Shown here: positions 8,036-17,799 of the stretch, in pieces | Layout: each line of letters opens with the position of its first letter | How positions within the stretch are numbered: the stretch's first letter is position 1 | Assembly: GCA_944323745.1 (NCBI GenBank) | Contig: CALUTQ010000001.1 | Span: forward strand, 484,863-548,862 | DNA: 64,000 nt | From: Candidatus Avelusimicrobium pullarium | GTDB taxonomy: Bacteria > Elusimicrobiota > Elusimicrobia > Elusimicrobiales > Elusimicrobiaceae | Direction of reading: 5' to 3' | Program-made: the position numbers and the translations under genes | The notes under the pieces: generated by a model | Told to the model about the DNA's origin: nothing | Seen by the model: the letters and a program-made list of their open reading frames with translations, nothing else | Databases searched by the model: none

Positions 8036-9823
8036 TTATTTGATTTCAGCCAACGGATGACCGGTCTGCACTTGGTCGCCTTGTTTGACGAGCAAGTGAA
8101 TGGTGCCGGCGGCCGGCGCGCTGATGGAAGTTTCCATCTTCATCGCTTCCAGTACCAGCACTTCCTGTCCTTCGGCCACGGTGTCGCCGTCTTTTACGCT
8201 GATGCGCAAGACCGCACCCGGCAAGGGAGAGTTAAGCGTCGTGCCCGCGCCGGTGGCAGCGGCCGGTTTGGCGGCTGCGGCTTTGGCGTCGGCGGCGCCT
8301 ACGCCGATGTTGTAGCGTTTGCCGTTGACTACGGCCACGGAGTCGCTTTCAAAGGTTACTTCGTAGGCTTTGCCTTCCACGGTTACTTTGCAGGCGTTGC
8401 CGGTTACTTTGTGCGCTACTTTGCGCACGCCGTTTACTTTGCCTTCGCCTTTCAAATAGGTCAAGCCCTTGTCGCCGCAGGTGGCCACGATGAATACGTT
8501 TTCATCGGTGGTCGGCAAGCCGGCAGCCACCAATTTTTCTTTGGCGGGTTTGAGGCCTTTTTTCGGGTTGGCATCATTGATTTCAAGCGGAGTCTTTTTG
8601 GTCGGTTCCAAGCCAAGTTGTTCGCTGGCTTCTTTGACCACAGCCGGGTCGGGTTCCACCGGCGTTTTGCCGAAGTAACCCAGCACCATTTTGCCGTAAC
8701 CGTCGGTAATTTTCTTCCAGGGGCCGAACATTACGTTGCTGTAGGCTTGCTGGAAATAGAACTGGGAAACCGGGGTAACGGAGGTACCGAAACCGCCCAG
8801 TCTGACGCATTCGCCCATCGCTTTGACCACTTCGGGGAATTTGTCAAAGGTGCCGTTGTCGCGCATCATTTGCGTGTTGGCGGTCAAAGCGCCGCCCGGC
8901 AGCGGGGAGAACGGAATAATCGGGTTGACTTTGGTGGCCTCAGGCGGCAAGAAATAGTCTTTCATACAATCTTGGAACACGTTTTCGGCTTCCTGAATTT
9001 TCTTGGGGTCAATGTCCAAGGTATATTCGCTGCCGCGCAGGGCGTGCCACATCGTCAAAATGTCGGGCTGGCAGGTGCCGCCGGACACGGGCTGCATAGA
9101 AAGGTCCAACGAATCGGCGCCGTTTTCAATGGCGGCCAAGCAGCAGGCGATAGAGTTGCCCGCCGTTTCGTGCGTGTGAAACACAATTTTGGTGCCTTTG
9201 GGCAGCAGTTTGCGGGCCATAGCAATGGTTTTGCCTACGGTTACCGGCGTAGAGGTGCCGGAAGCGTCTTTAAAGCACACGGAATCAAACGGAACGCCGG
9301 AATCCAAAATGGAGCGCAGCACTTTTTCGTAGAAGATTTCATTGTGGATCTTGCCGGTCTTGTCCCAGCCAGGGGCCAAAGACATCATAGACACGCAGAC
9401 TTCGTGTTTCAGGCCCGCTTCGGCAATGCATTTGCCGGAGTAGATGAGGTTGTTTACGTCGTTTAACGCGTCAAAGTTGCGGATAGTGGTCGTGCCGTGT
9501 TTTTTGAACAGTTGGGCGTGGGCTTTGATTACGTCGGAAGACTGGCTTTCCAAACCCACCACGTTTACGCCGCGGGCCAAGGTTTGCAGGTTAGCGTCCG
9601 GGCCGGCGGTTTTGCGGAATGTATCCATCATATCAAAGGCGTTTTCGTTACAATAGAAGAACAACGCCTGAAAGCGGGCACCGCCGCCGAATTCCATATG
9701 ATTAATGCCGGCGTGTTTGGCAGCTTCCACGGCGGGCATAAAGTCTTTGGTTAATACGCGCGCACCATAGACGGACTGAAAACCGTCGCGGAACGCGGTG
9801 AGCATAAAGTTAATTTTTTTCAT
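8036..9823 (-). CDS. oadA: oxaloacetate decarboxylase alpha subunit (carboxyltransferase + biotinyl carrier domain)
   Basis: 595 aa. N-terminal HMGL-like carboxyltransferase ([17 protein letters not shown]). C-terminal biotinylation motif EAMKMET. Confidence 0.8.
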   Translation of the reverse strand: MKKINFMLTAFRDGFQSVYGARVLTKDFMPAVEAAKHAGINHMEFGGGARFQALFFYCNENAFDMMDTFRKTAGPDANLQTLARGVNVVGLESQSSDVIKAHAQLFKKHGTTTIRNFDALNDVNNLIYSGKCIAEAGLKHEVCVSMMSLAPGWDKTGKIHNEIFYEKVLRSILDSGVPFDSVCFKDASGTSTPVTVGKTIAMARKLLPKGTKIVFHTHETAGNSIACCLAAIENGADSLDLSMQPVSGGTCQPDILTMWHALRGSEYTLDIDPKKIQEAENVFQDCMKDYFLPPEATKVNPIIPFSPLPGGALTANTQMMRDNGTFDKFPEVVKAMGECVRLGGFGTSVTPVSQFYFQQAYSNVMFGPWKKITDGYGKMVLGYFGKTPVEPDPAVVKEASEQLGLEPTKKTPLEINDANPKKGLKPAKEKLVAAGLPTTDENVFIVATCGDKGLTYLKGEGKVNGVRKVAHKVTGNACKVTVEGKAYEVTFESDSVAVVNGKRYNIGVGAADAKAAAAKPAAATGAGTTLNSPLPGAVLRISVKDGDTVAEGQEVLVLEAMKMETSISAPAAGTIHLLVKQGDQVQTGHPLAEIK

Positions 9824-9843
9824 TTTTTTCCTCTAAATTTAAA

Positions 9844-10074
9844 TTACTTGCCTTGAAATCTTTTTGCCGCCGCAATGGCAATAGCTACCAGGCTGTTATC
9901 AGCAGCGGCAGCCGCCGGTTGGGCAACGGTTTGCGGAAAATACTTTTCCAGCACCTTCACCAGCCACGCCAATAAGTGCATTACTCCCACCATAATGATG
10001 AGGAATACAAACACTATCAGCATACCGATGATGGTGATTACAACGCTTTGCATAATAAGACTTTCTGCGCTCAT
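9844..10074 (-). CDS. oadG: oxaloacetate decarboxylase gamma subunit (small membrane anchor)
   Basis: 76-aa protein with a single TM helix and an Ala-rich linker. Positioned directly upstream of oadA. Confidence 0.6.
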   Translation of the reverse strand: MSAESLIMQSVVITIIGMLIVFVFLIIMVGVMHLLAWLVKVLEKYFPQTVAQPAAAAADNSLVAIAIAAAKRFQGK

Positions 10075-10772
10075 ACCATCATATCTCCTATTGATATTTC
10101 CGTCAGTCCCTGCGGCGTTTGCAACACTAATTTGCCTTCGGGGGAAATGGTTTGCACAATGCCTTGTGCGTCAACTGCGCCGTTTTTTATCTGCACGGCT
10201 TTGCCCACATAGGGAAAGCGCTGCAAATACGCGGTGCGAATTACTTCAAATCCGTTTTCAAGCACGTCTTTATATTGTTTAAAAAATCGGGTGAGAATGC
10301 CTTCCAACACGGCTTGCGGCGTGGTGTTAATGCCCAGCATTTTTAGCGATACGGCCGGCTGGCCCACGTTTAAACTTTCCTGCAAAACATTTACGCCCAC
10401 GCCGATAATGAGCGCCTGCGGGCCTTGGCTGTTTGTTACGGCCTCGCTGAGCATACCGCATATTTTTTTGCCGTCGGCATATACGTCGTTGGGCCACTTA
10501 ATAAAAGTATTGGCGCCCAGCTCTTGCAAAGTGCTGCAAACGGCCAGCGCCATCAGTTGTGTTAAATTGGGTAAAAACTGCAGGTGGGCATCTTTTAGCA
10601 ATAGGGAAAAATACAGGCCCCCTTCGTCGGAAATAAACTTTCGGTTCAGTCTGCCTCTGCCGGCGGTTTGAACCGAAGCCGTAACGACGGAGTGATTGGC
10701 CAAACGTTCGTAATTGTTTTTTGTGTACGTGTTGGTAGAGTCCAACGCGTCAAAATGGCTAATCTCCCACAT
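10071..10772 (-). CDS. birA: biotin--[acetyl-CoA-carboxylase] ligase (group I, no HTH domain)
   Basis: 233 aa. GRGRLNRKF biotin-binding loop, KWPNDV motif. Its stop overlaps the oadG start (ATGA at 10071-10074). Confidence 0.8.
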   Translation of the reverse strand: MWEISHFDALDSTNTYTKNNYERLANHSVVTASVQTAGRGRLNRKFISDEGGLYFSLLLKDAHLQFLPNLTQLMALAVCSTLQELGANTFIKWPNDVYADGKKICGMLSEAVTNSQGPQALIIGVGVNVLQESLNVGQPAVSLKMLGINTTPQAVLEGILTRFFKQYKDVLENGFEVIRTAYLQRFPYVGKAVQIKNGAVDAQGIVQTISPEGKLVLQTPQGLTEISIGDMMV

Positions 10773-10830
10773 ATCATTATTTTATCAAATTAGAACGGCA
10801 AGAAACAGTCGCTTGGACGAGGTGTTTAAA

Positions 10831-10891
10831 AGGGCTTGTATTGTTTTTTTTTTTTGATAAATTTTGACTATGACAAAATTTATCAAAAAAA
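10831..10891 (+). promoter_or_regulatory. conserved pilin-paralog leader element, copy B
   Basis: AGGGCTTGTATTG + T12 + GATAAATTTTG + ACTATGA + CAAAATTTATC + A7. Arms at 10850-10866 and 10874-10890. ATG at 10870 lies in the 7-nt spacer. Confidence 0.7.
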
Positions 10892-11490
10892 GAACATTCC
10901 GTCTGCAAAACCCTGCTGGCGGCAAATTAAGCGGGTTTACGCTTATCGAACTTTTGGTGGTGGTGCTGATTATAGGCATCTTGGCGGCTATTGCCTTGCC
11001 GCAGTATGAAAAAGCCGTAGCAAAAGCCAAAGTGGCTGAAGTGCTGCCTTGGTTTAAAAAAATAAAAGAAGGACGCGATTTATATTTAATGAACGGTGGC
11101 AACAGCAGTTGTATGGACTTGGGCCGCTATATGGCTGCGTTGGGGATAGACGCCCGAACCCGTTGCTCCGGCACAAATGTGGACGGTTTGTGCGAAAATG
11201 AGAACAGCTGGTGCGACAGCACCTTGTATGTAGACGACAAGACAACTATTCTTAATCATACGGGGCACGCCCGTTACTCATATAAAAAGAATAAGGGGCA
11301 GGCCACTTCTGACTTTGATATTTTGCTGCTTACGTATATCCGCGGCTATACGTCTGATGAAAAAACAGGCGATTTGTTCTGCCGCCCCAACACGGAATGG
11401 GGGGATAGTATGTGCCGGCAGTTTGCTTCATCTCCCTCCTCCGTAAGGTGTGACTATTCTGCCAAAACGTGTTACCGAATGGATTTATAA
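10870..11490 (+). CDS. prepilin-type N-terminal cleavage/methylation domain protein (pilin-like paralog B, 22-aa leader)
   Basis: G|FTLIELLVVVLIIGILAAIALPQY motif. Cys-rich divergent C-terminal domain. ATG at 10870 (track start is a TTG at 10864). Confidence 0.8.
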   Translation: MTKFIKKRTFRLQNPAGGKLSGFTLIELLVVVLIIGILAAIALPQYEKAVAKAKVAEVLPWFKKIKEGRDLYLMNGGNSSCMDLGRYMAALGIDARTRCSGTNVDGLCENENSWCDSTLYVDDKTTILNHTGHARYSYKKNKGQATSDFDILLLTYIRGYTSDEKTGDLFCRPNTEWGDSMCRQFASSPSSVRCDYSAKTCYRMDL

Positions 11491-11498
11491 AAACAGTT

Positions 11499-11529
11499 AA
11501 AAACCCCGCTCTTTTGAGCGGGGTTTTTT
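11499..11529. terminator. bidirectional rho-independent terminator (pilin B / pdxA)
   Basis: A5-CCCCGCTC-TTTT-GAGCGGGG-T6. Differs from the 6823 copy only in the loop. Confidence 0.75.
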
Positions 11530-11538
11530 GCGGGCAAA

Positions 11539-12462
11539 TTATCGGCCGGCGGCAAACAAAATGGCGGCAATCATACTGGATGGATCGGCCTTATTTTGGC
11601 CGGCAATGTCAAAGGCGGTGCCGTGCGTGGGGGAAGTGCGCAAAAAGTCCAACCCTGCGGTGATGTGCACAATAGGCTCCTCGGCGGCCAATTTAAGGCC
11701 CAAAAGCGCTTGGTCGTGATACATACACAAAATACCGTCAAAATTGCCGCGCGCGTGCGCCAGCCACAGGCTGTCTACCGGATAAGGCCCTTCGGCCGCT
11801 ATGCCTTTAGCCTGCAGCGCCTTGACGGCGGGGGTAATGGTGCGGGCCTCTTCGTTGCCAAAGCGGCCGTTGTCGCCCCCGTGCGGGTTAAGCGTGCACA
11901 GGGCGATATGCGGTTTTTTAACACCCAGTTTGTTTAAGGCGCGGACAAAATCCACCCCGGCATTTACAATGCGCTGTTTGGTAATTACTTTATGTAAATC
12001 TTTAATGGCAAAATGTTCGCTGACCAGCGCGCAGCGCACCGGCCCGCTGACAAACATCATCAATGCCGTTTTGCCGTAATGCGCACGCAGAAATTCGGTA
12101 TGCCCCGTAAAGGGCACCTTGGCTTTGGCCCAGCTTTGTTTGGATATGGGGGCCGTTACAATGGCAGAGCCGGGTGTTTGGCTGGCCAGCTCGCAGGCCA
12201 GTTGCAAAGCTTTAAAGGATATTTCGCCGCCCCACGCGCTGGGCACGCGTTTGTTGGGGCGCTTAAGCAAAGATTGCTGCGGCAAAAGCGGCGCCAGCTG
12301 CGGGGTGTAGCCGGCTTCAATAAGCGTAAACGGTTCGCCGATTAAAATAGGGCTGCAGGCTTTGGCCACGCGCGGATCCTGCAGGGCTTTAACGGCCACT
12401 TCCGGCCCGATGCCCAGCGGTTCGCCTGCGGTAATAAAGATAAGCGGTTTGTTTTTTTTCAT
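11539..12462 (-). CDS. pdxA: 4-hydroxythreonine-4-phosphate dehydrogenase
   Basis: 307 aa. GEPLGIGPE, TGHTEFL, LNPHGGDNG and TSPTHGTAFDIAG motifs. Downstream of a surA-like gene, as in the E. coli surA-pdxA arrangement. Confidence 0.85.
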   Translation of the reverse strand: MKKNKPLIFITAGEPLGIGPEVAVKALQDPRVAKACSPILIGEPFTLIEAGYTPQLAPLLPQQSLLKRPNKRVPSAWGGEISFKALQLACELASQTPGSAIVTAPISKQSWAKAKVPFTGHTEFLRAHYGKTALMMFVSGPVRCALVSEHFAIKDLHKVITKQRIVNAGVDFVRALNKLGVKKPHIALCTLNPHGGDNGRFGNEEARTITPAVKALQAKGIAAEGPYPVDSLWLAHARGNFDGILCMYHDQALLGLKLAAEEPIVHITAGLDFLRTSPTHGTAFDIAGQNKADPSSMIAAILFAAGR

Positions 12463-12521
12463 ATTTAAGAAAGGCGGCCCCCGTTTTGCCGGACGCCGCC
12501 TTTGTGCAAATAAGTTAAATG

Positions 12522-13769
12522 TTATTTTTTGGCGTCGCTTTTTTCAGCTTTGGCTTCGGCCTTTTTGTCTGCTTTGGCGTCTTGTTTATCCGCCTTGGCG
12601 GCTTTGTCGGCTTCGGCTTTGGCTTCGTCTGCGGCGCGTTTGGCGGCTTCGGCTTCTATTTGCGCGTCTACTTCAAAGGTTTTGGTTACTTTGATGTCAG
12701 CTTTATCGGCCAATCCGTTAACATATTCGGCCATTGCCGTTTGAATTTTTTGCTGTGCCACATATTGGGCCAAATCTTGGGCGATGTCTTCGTAGCCGAT
12801 TTCTTTTTCGGCGCGTTTCTCTTTTACTTTGATGATATGCCAGCCGATGTCGGTTTTAATCGGCTCGCTTACTTTGCCTACGGGCAAAGAGAAAGCGGCC
12901 TCATCTATTTCTTTGGGGGCAATGCCCTTGATTAAAATCATATCGCCGCCGCTGGCCAGCGCGGTTTTGTCTTCGGTGTATTTTTTGACCGCGGCGGAAA
13001 AGTCCATCCCGCCGTCCAATTCTTTTTTAATTTGTTTGGCCAGTTCTTCTTTTTTCTTGGCGTCTTCTTTAGAGGTGTCTTTGGTAACGGCCAAATAGAT
13101 GTGTCCCACGCGCACCTGTTCGGCGGAAAGCTGCGTCAGCTTGGCGGCAATCAGCTGTGCTTCGCGCAATTTGGCGGGGTCTTCCTTTTCCAGTTTTTTA
13201 AGGGCCTTGGTATTGTTTTTCATTGCCGCTTCCACATTGGCGTAAAGGGCTTTTACGTCGGCTTCTTCCACGGGTTTGACCGTGGCCTGAATTTGCGCTT
13301 CCATCAATTTTTTGACGGCAATGTCTTTTTTAATTTTTTCTTTGTAAGACTTGAGGGTCATATGCTGTTTTTTAAGCGCTTCGTTAAAGCGTTTGTCGGC
13401 TCCTTTCGGGTCCTGCTTGCCGTTGTCGTCAATGATAAAGCGGGTTTTGATTTCATTTATGCCTTCGTCCACTTCGGAATCTTTCACCACAATTTTGGCT
13501 TCATCTGCGGCCTGATACAGCAGTTCTTTGGAAATAAGTTCTTTAAGCACCTCTTTGCCCAAGAAATCTTTGGCATAAGGTTGCTCCAAAAACTGCGGCG
13601 CCGCCGCCTGATACTGTTCAATAACGCCTTCGTAATAGGTGTCATATTCCGAGGCCAAAACGGGCTTGCCGTTTACCGTAGCGACGGAAGATTCCAACAC
13701 TTTCCCCTGGGCGCCGGCGGCCAGACATAAAGCCAGCACCGGCAGTAAAAATCTATTCATCTTGTTCAT
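12522..13769 (-). CDS. SurA-like periplasmic chaperone / PpiC-type peptidyl-prolyl isomerase with Lys/Ala/Glu/Asp-rich C-terminal tail
   Basis: Signal peptide MNRFLLPVLALCLAAGAQG. The start is M16 or M19 of the track ORF. Parvulin domain (GGDMILIKG...IGWHIIKV). Low-complexity tail of ~47 aa. Confidence 0.75.
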   Translation of the reverse strand: MNKMNRFLLPVLALCLAAGAQGKVLESSVATVNGKPVLASEYDTYYEGVIEQYQAAAPQFLEQPYAKDFLGKEVLKELISKELLYQAADEAKIVVKDSEVDEGINEIKTRFIIDDNGKQDPKGADKRFNEALKKQHMTLKSYKEKIKKDIAVKKLMEAQIQATVKPVEEADVKALYANVEAAMKNNTKALKKLEKEDPAKLREAQLIAAKLTQLSAEQVRVGHIYLAVTKDTSKEDAKKKEELAKQIKKELDGGMDFSAAVKKYTEDKTALASGGDMILIKGIAPKEIDEAAFSLPVGKVSEPIKTDIGWHIIKVKEKRAEKEIGYEDIAQDLAQYVAQQKIQTAMAEYVNGLADKADIKVTKTFEVDAQIEAEAAKRAADEAKAEADKAAKADKQDAKADKKAEAKAEKSDAKK

Positions 13770-14598
13770 AAATAACCACCTTATATTTATTTTGCAAAGC
13801 ATTGAGTGCTGCATCCGTTTTTTGGTTTTCCAAAATGGTGCGGATGCGCGGGACGGCCTCTTTTAACGAGAGGCGTTTTTCCCGCGTTTTCATTATTATA
13901 TGAAATCCCTGTGCGGTTTTGACAAACCCCTGCACGCTGCCGGTGGGGGAGTTAGCCGCAATGACTTCCAGCTCCGGTATAAATTCCCCGGGCATAAACG
14001 TGATTTCTTTGCCCTTGCTTTGTTCGGGAGCTTTGGAATATTGGCGCTCCAAGTCTTTCCACCGGCCTTTGGAACGTTTGAGTTCCCGCCAGACGGCGTC
14101 GGCCGTTTGGGCGTCGGGGATGATGATTTGCTTAATGGTCATTTCATAGGGGTATTTATCGTAATAGGCGGCAATTTCTTCGTCCGTGACGGAAGAAATG
14201 CCCTTTTCCTGCAGGCTTTCTTCCCATAAACGGCCCAAAAGCAGGTCGGAATATTCCTTATAAATGTCTTCCAGCTGGGCGCGTTTGTCATCCATTGCGG
14301 TTAAATAGACGTCTGTCTGATCCAAGCCTTCGTCTTTTGCGTCTAAGGCAATCAGCTGTTCGCGCACCAATAGGTTAATAAAGTTGCGCCGTCCGACGGA
14401 CGTTTTGGCAAAGGCCTGATCTTCTTTGGAAAGCACAGCCAAGCGGTTATCCAGTTGTTGCTGGGTAATGGAAACGGGCCCCACTTTGGCCACCACCGTA
14501 TCGGCAGACACGGGGGCGTCGGCCGCGGCTGGCGCGGGTGTTTTTTCACAGGCGGCAAGCAAACAAAAGGCTAAAAGCAAAAAAGGAAATTTCTTCAT
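13753..14598 (-). CDS. PpiC/parvulin-type peptidyl-prolyl isomerase lipoprotein (PrsA/SurA-like)
   Basis: Lipobox LLAAC. Parvulin-like C-terminal domain (MPGEFIPELE...AQGFHIIM). Sits 3 nt downstream of mfd. Confidence 0.7.
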   Translation of the reverse strand: MKKFPFLLLAFCLLAACEKTPAPAAADAPVSADTVVAKVGPVSITQQQLDNRLAVLSKEDQAFAKTSVGRRNFINLLVREQLIALDAKDEGLDQTDVYLTAMDDKRAQLEDIYKEYSDLLLGRLWEESLQEKGISSVTDEEIAAYYDKYPYEMTIKQIIIPDAQTADAVWRELKRSKGRWKDLERQYSKAPEQSKGKEITFMPGEFIPELEVIAANSPTGSVQGFVKTAQGFHIIMKTREKRLSLKEAVPRIRTILENQKTDAALNALQNKYKVVIYEQDE

Positions 14599-14601
14599 AT
14601 T

Positions 14602-17600
14602 CTATACTATAGCATTTTGGGGTTTTATAAGCCCTTCAAAAAACGTAACGGCTTTTTCGGCTTCGGCTACGGGGTCGTCTGTTTTGTTTAGACGCAGGCG
14701 CACGCCGTCGCCGTTGCGTGATTTGATAAACTGCACGCGGGGACTGTATTTTTCCAGCACGCGGGCGGGCAGATCGGGCGGCATTTTAAAATCGCTGGTA
14801 AACAGCAAGTCCAGCGCGCCGTAGGCAAACTCTACGTGATAGATTTTAATCAGCCCTGCCCGACGGGAAATCTGTAAAATGCGGTTTAAATTTTTCAGCT
14901 CCTGCGGCACCGGGCCGGAAAGGTCGGCCAATTTGGCCAAAATGCTTTGGGCGCGTGTTTCGTCGGCACTCATCAGTTCTTTGTAATATTTCAGGCGGTC
15001 GCTGTCATCGGGTAAATAGTCGGGCGGAATATAGGCCGGCAACGGCAGGTTGACCGTGGCGCGTATTTGACGTTTGACGGGTTCGCCTTTTAATTTTTTG
15101 ACTTCGTTGGCCACCAAATCGCAATATAAACTCAGGCCCACTTCATTGACGTAGCCGTGCTGTTTTACGCCCAGCAGTTCGCCCGCGCCGCGTATTTCCA
15201 TATCGCGCAGGGCCAGTTTAAAACCGCTGCCCAACTCGCTAAATTCCATCAGCGCGGCCAAACGTTTTTTGGCTTCTTCGGTGGGGTCTTTTTCCTGCGG
15301 GGCTTTGTAGGGCATAGCCAACAGCTGGCTGTAGGTATTTTCTTCGGGGGCGGGAGACTTTTTAAACAGCCAGTCCGGATGGAACAAATAACAATAGGCC
15401 TTTTTATCTCCGCGGCCGATGCGCCCGCGCAGCTGATAAAGCTGGGCCAGCCCGAAATTTTGCGCGTTTTCCACAATCAGCGTGTTGGCATTGCTGATAT
15501 CCAGCCCAGACTCTATAATGGTAGACGCCAGCAGAATGTCGTATTTGCCGTTGTGAAAGTCCCACAAGGTTTGCTCCAAGTCGCTTTCTTTCATTTGGCC
15601 GTGCGCCATACAAATGCGCGCTTCGGGCACGAGGCGTTTTAAAAAGAGGTAGCGGCTTTCCATACTTTGCACGCTGTTATAAACATAATACACCTGTCCG
15701 CCGCGGGCCAGCTCCTGCGTGATGGCGGCTGCGGCCAGCTCGTTATTCCAAGCGGTAACCACCGTTTTGATGGGGGTGCGGCCGCGTGGGGGCGTGTCTA
15801 TCAGCGAAATATCGCGCAAAGACGAAAGCGACTGGTTGAGCGTGCGCGGAATGGGCGTGGCGCTTAGCATTAAGGTATGCACGCCGGCGCTTTTGGCTTT
15901 AATTTTTTCTTTTTGTTTGACGCCGAAGCGGTGTTCTTCGTCAATAATCACCAGTCCCAGCGCTTTAAAGCCGATGTCTTTGGAAAGCAGGCGGTGCGTG
16001 CCGATAATAATATCGCAAATGCCGTCTTTAACTTGTTGGATGATTTCTTTTTGCTCACGCTTAGTCTGAAAGCGGCAGAGCATTTGTATGTTTACCGGAA
16101 ACCCCGCCATCCGTTTACGGAAGGTTTTGCAATGCTGGTCCACCAAAATGGTAGTAGGGGCCAGCATCATTACCTGTTTGCCGCTCATTACCACGTGCAG
16201 CGCTGCGCGCATAGCCACTTCCGTCTTGCCAAACCCCACATCGCCCACCAGCACGCGGTCCATCGGGCGGTTTTTGGAAAGATCGCGCAGGACGTCTTCT
16301 ATGGCTTGGGTTTGGCCTGCGGTCAGCACATAGGGGAAGGAATCGGCAAATTCTTCTTCAATACGCCGGTCACCGTTTAAGGCTTCGGCCCCGGCGGCTT
16401 GGCGCAGGGCTTCCATATGCAGAATTTCTTTGGCGGTTTTTTGTGCTTCTTCTTTCACACGTTTTTTAATGTCTTTCCAGGCTACGCCGCCTAAGGCCGA
16501 CAGTTTGGGTGCTTTGCCGCCTGCGCCGATGTATTTTTGCACGCGTTTAAAATCGTACATCGGCACATAAAGCTTGCTGCCGCGGCGATATTCAATAATC
16601 AGGCAGTCGGTGGGGTTTTCTTCTTTATCCATAATTTCCAACCCCAGGTATTTGCCGATGCCGTGATTTTGATGTACCACATAGTCGCCGGGACGCAGTT
16701 CTTTAAAGCGCACTTTTTGCGCGCCTTCTATGTCAAAATGTTTAAGCACATTGGAGGGGCGGTAACGGCGGTTTAAAATTTCTGACGAGGTAATCAGGGC
16801 AAATTTTTCGTCAGGGCTGTAAAAGCCTTGCGTTAAAGGCGATATTTTAACAGGCAGGTGTTTGAGGTGTTCATAGTCCTGCATCAGTTCGCTTAAACGG
16901 TCCAGTTCGCCGCGGTTTAAACAGGTAATGGTTACCTGTAAACCTTGCTTTTGCAAAGAGGCGGCTTCAGCGTCCAACAGTTTAAAATTGGCGTTAAATT
17001 CTATATTTGCCTTTAAATTGCAGTTAATGCCCAAATGCGTGGGCATTTGGCTAAGCACGGCCGCGCCGGGGTATTGCGTAAAGTCAAAGTCTTGCGGCGG
17101 TTCGTCAAAAATATATTGTGCGCCGCGCACATAATCTGCCAGCGTGGCGGGCTCGCGCTCAAACTTCAGCGGGATAATAACGACGAAATCTTTATGTTCT
17201 TTGGTATTTTGGGTGTCTATGTCAAAACCGCTGATGGTTTCTATGCGGTTGCCGGCAAAATACAAGCGCAGCGGGCGCGTCTGCCCGGGCGGAAAAATGT
17301 CCACCACGCTGCCGCGCACGGCGTATTGGCCGGGTATTTCGGTGTAATCTTCACGGGTGTAGCCGCGGTGCTGAAGAACGTCCAGCAGGTCGCCGCGGCG
17401 CAGCGTGTCGCCGCGGTTGACGGTAAAGGTGTTGGAACGAAAGTCTTGCGGGTCGGGCAGCGGGGTCGTCCAGTCGGCATATTGGGCGCAGACGGCAAAG
17501 GGGGTTTGCCCGTTAAGCAGCCCGTACAGGGCGGCCATTTGCCCCGGTTTTTGCTCGGGAAAAGAGAGCAAACGCAAATGCTGTCCGGCGGTAAATTCTT

Positions 17601-17760
17601 CCAGTGCGTTTTCAAATAAATCGGGGTCTTGGGCGGTTAAATAAAGCACGCTTTTGCCGGCCGATAAGAATTTTCGGGCCGCAAAAAACGCCGCGGCACT
17701 TTGGTTGGCAAGGCCGTAGTAAAAAGAAAGTTGGGATGTTTGCTGCGTGTTTGTTTTCAT
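14602..17760 (-). CDS. mfd: transcription-repair coupling factor
   Basis: 1052 aa. UvrB-homology N-terminus, CarD/RID region, SF2 helicase motifs GDVGFGKTEVA and DEEHRFGV, TRCF C-terminal domain. Confidence 0.9.
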   Translation of the reverse strand: MKTNTQQTSQLSFYYGLANQSAAAFFAARKFLSAGKSVLYLTAQDPDLFENALEEFTAGQHLRLLSFPEQKPGQMAALYGLLNGQTPFAVCAQYADWTTPLPDPQDFRSNTFTVNRGDTLRRGDLLDVLQHRGYTREDYTEIPGQYAVRGSVVDIFPPGQTRPLRLYFAGNRIETISGFDIDTQNTKEHKDFVVIIPLKFEREPATLADYVRGAQYIFDEPPQDFDFTQYPGAAVLSQMPTHLGINCNLKANIEFNANFKLLDAEAASLQKQGLQVTITCLNRGELDRLSELMQDYEHLKHLPVKISPLTQGFYSPDEKFALITSSEILNRRYRPSNVLKHFDIEGAQKVRFKELRPGDYVVHQNHGIGKYLGLEIMDKEENPTDCLIIEYRRGSKLYVPMYDFKRVQKYIGAGGKAPKLSALGGVAWKDIKKRVKEEAQKTAKEILHMEALRQAAGAEALNGDRRIEEEFADSFPYVLTAGQTQAIEDVLRDLSKNRPMDRVLVGDVGFGKTEVAMRAALHVVMSGKQVMMLAPTTILVDQHCKTFRKRMAGFPVNIQMLCRFQTKREQKEIIQQVKDGICDIIIGTHRLLSKDIGFKALGLVIIDEEHRFGVKQKEKIKAKSAGVHTLMLSATPIPRTLNQSLSSLRDISLIDTPPRGRTPIKTVVTAWNNELAAAAITQELARGGQVYYVYNSVQSMESRYLFLKRLVPEARICMAHGQMKESDLEQTLWDFHNGKYDILLASTIIESGLDISNANTLIVENAQNFGLAQLYQLRGRIGRGDKKAYCYLFHPDWLFKKSPAPEENTYSQLLAMPYKAPQEKDPTEEAKKRLAALMEFSELGSGFKLALRDMEIRGAGELLGVKQHGYVNEVGLSLYCDLVANEVKKLKGEPVKRQIRATVNLPLPAYIPPDYLPDDSDRLKYYKELMSADETRAQSILAKLADLSGPVPQELKNLNRILQISRRAGLIKIYHVEFAYGALDLLFTSDFKMPPDLPARVLEKYSPRVQFIKSRNGDGVRLRLNKTDDPVAEAEKAVTFFEGLIKPQNAIV

Positions 17761-17799
17761 AACAAAGACAGTACGCCCGCCTTTCGGCGGGCGCAGCGA

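Noticed and set aside
8057-9466. Long ORFs antisense to clearly assigned genes. Examples: 8057-9466 (+, 469 aa) opposite oadA; 44386-45570 (-, 394 aa) opposite the M20 and pilin genes; 48129-49076 (+, 315 aa) opposite the PepT-like gene; 1411-2295 (-) opposite kbl; 13032-13730 (+) opposite the SurA-like gene.
   Set aside because: Their translations are low-complexity Gly/Ala/Arg/Phe/His-rich strings typical of open antisense frames in GC-rich coding DNA. They have no RBS and no recognisable motifs, and the sense strands have strong family signatures.
14607-14620. A 13-nt match, ACTATAGCATTTT, shared between 14607 (the mfd 3' end) and 28185 (upstream of addB).
   Set aside because: Exact 13-mers are expected by chance many times in 64 kb. 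No extended similarity on either side.
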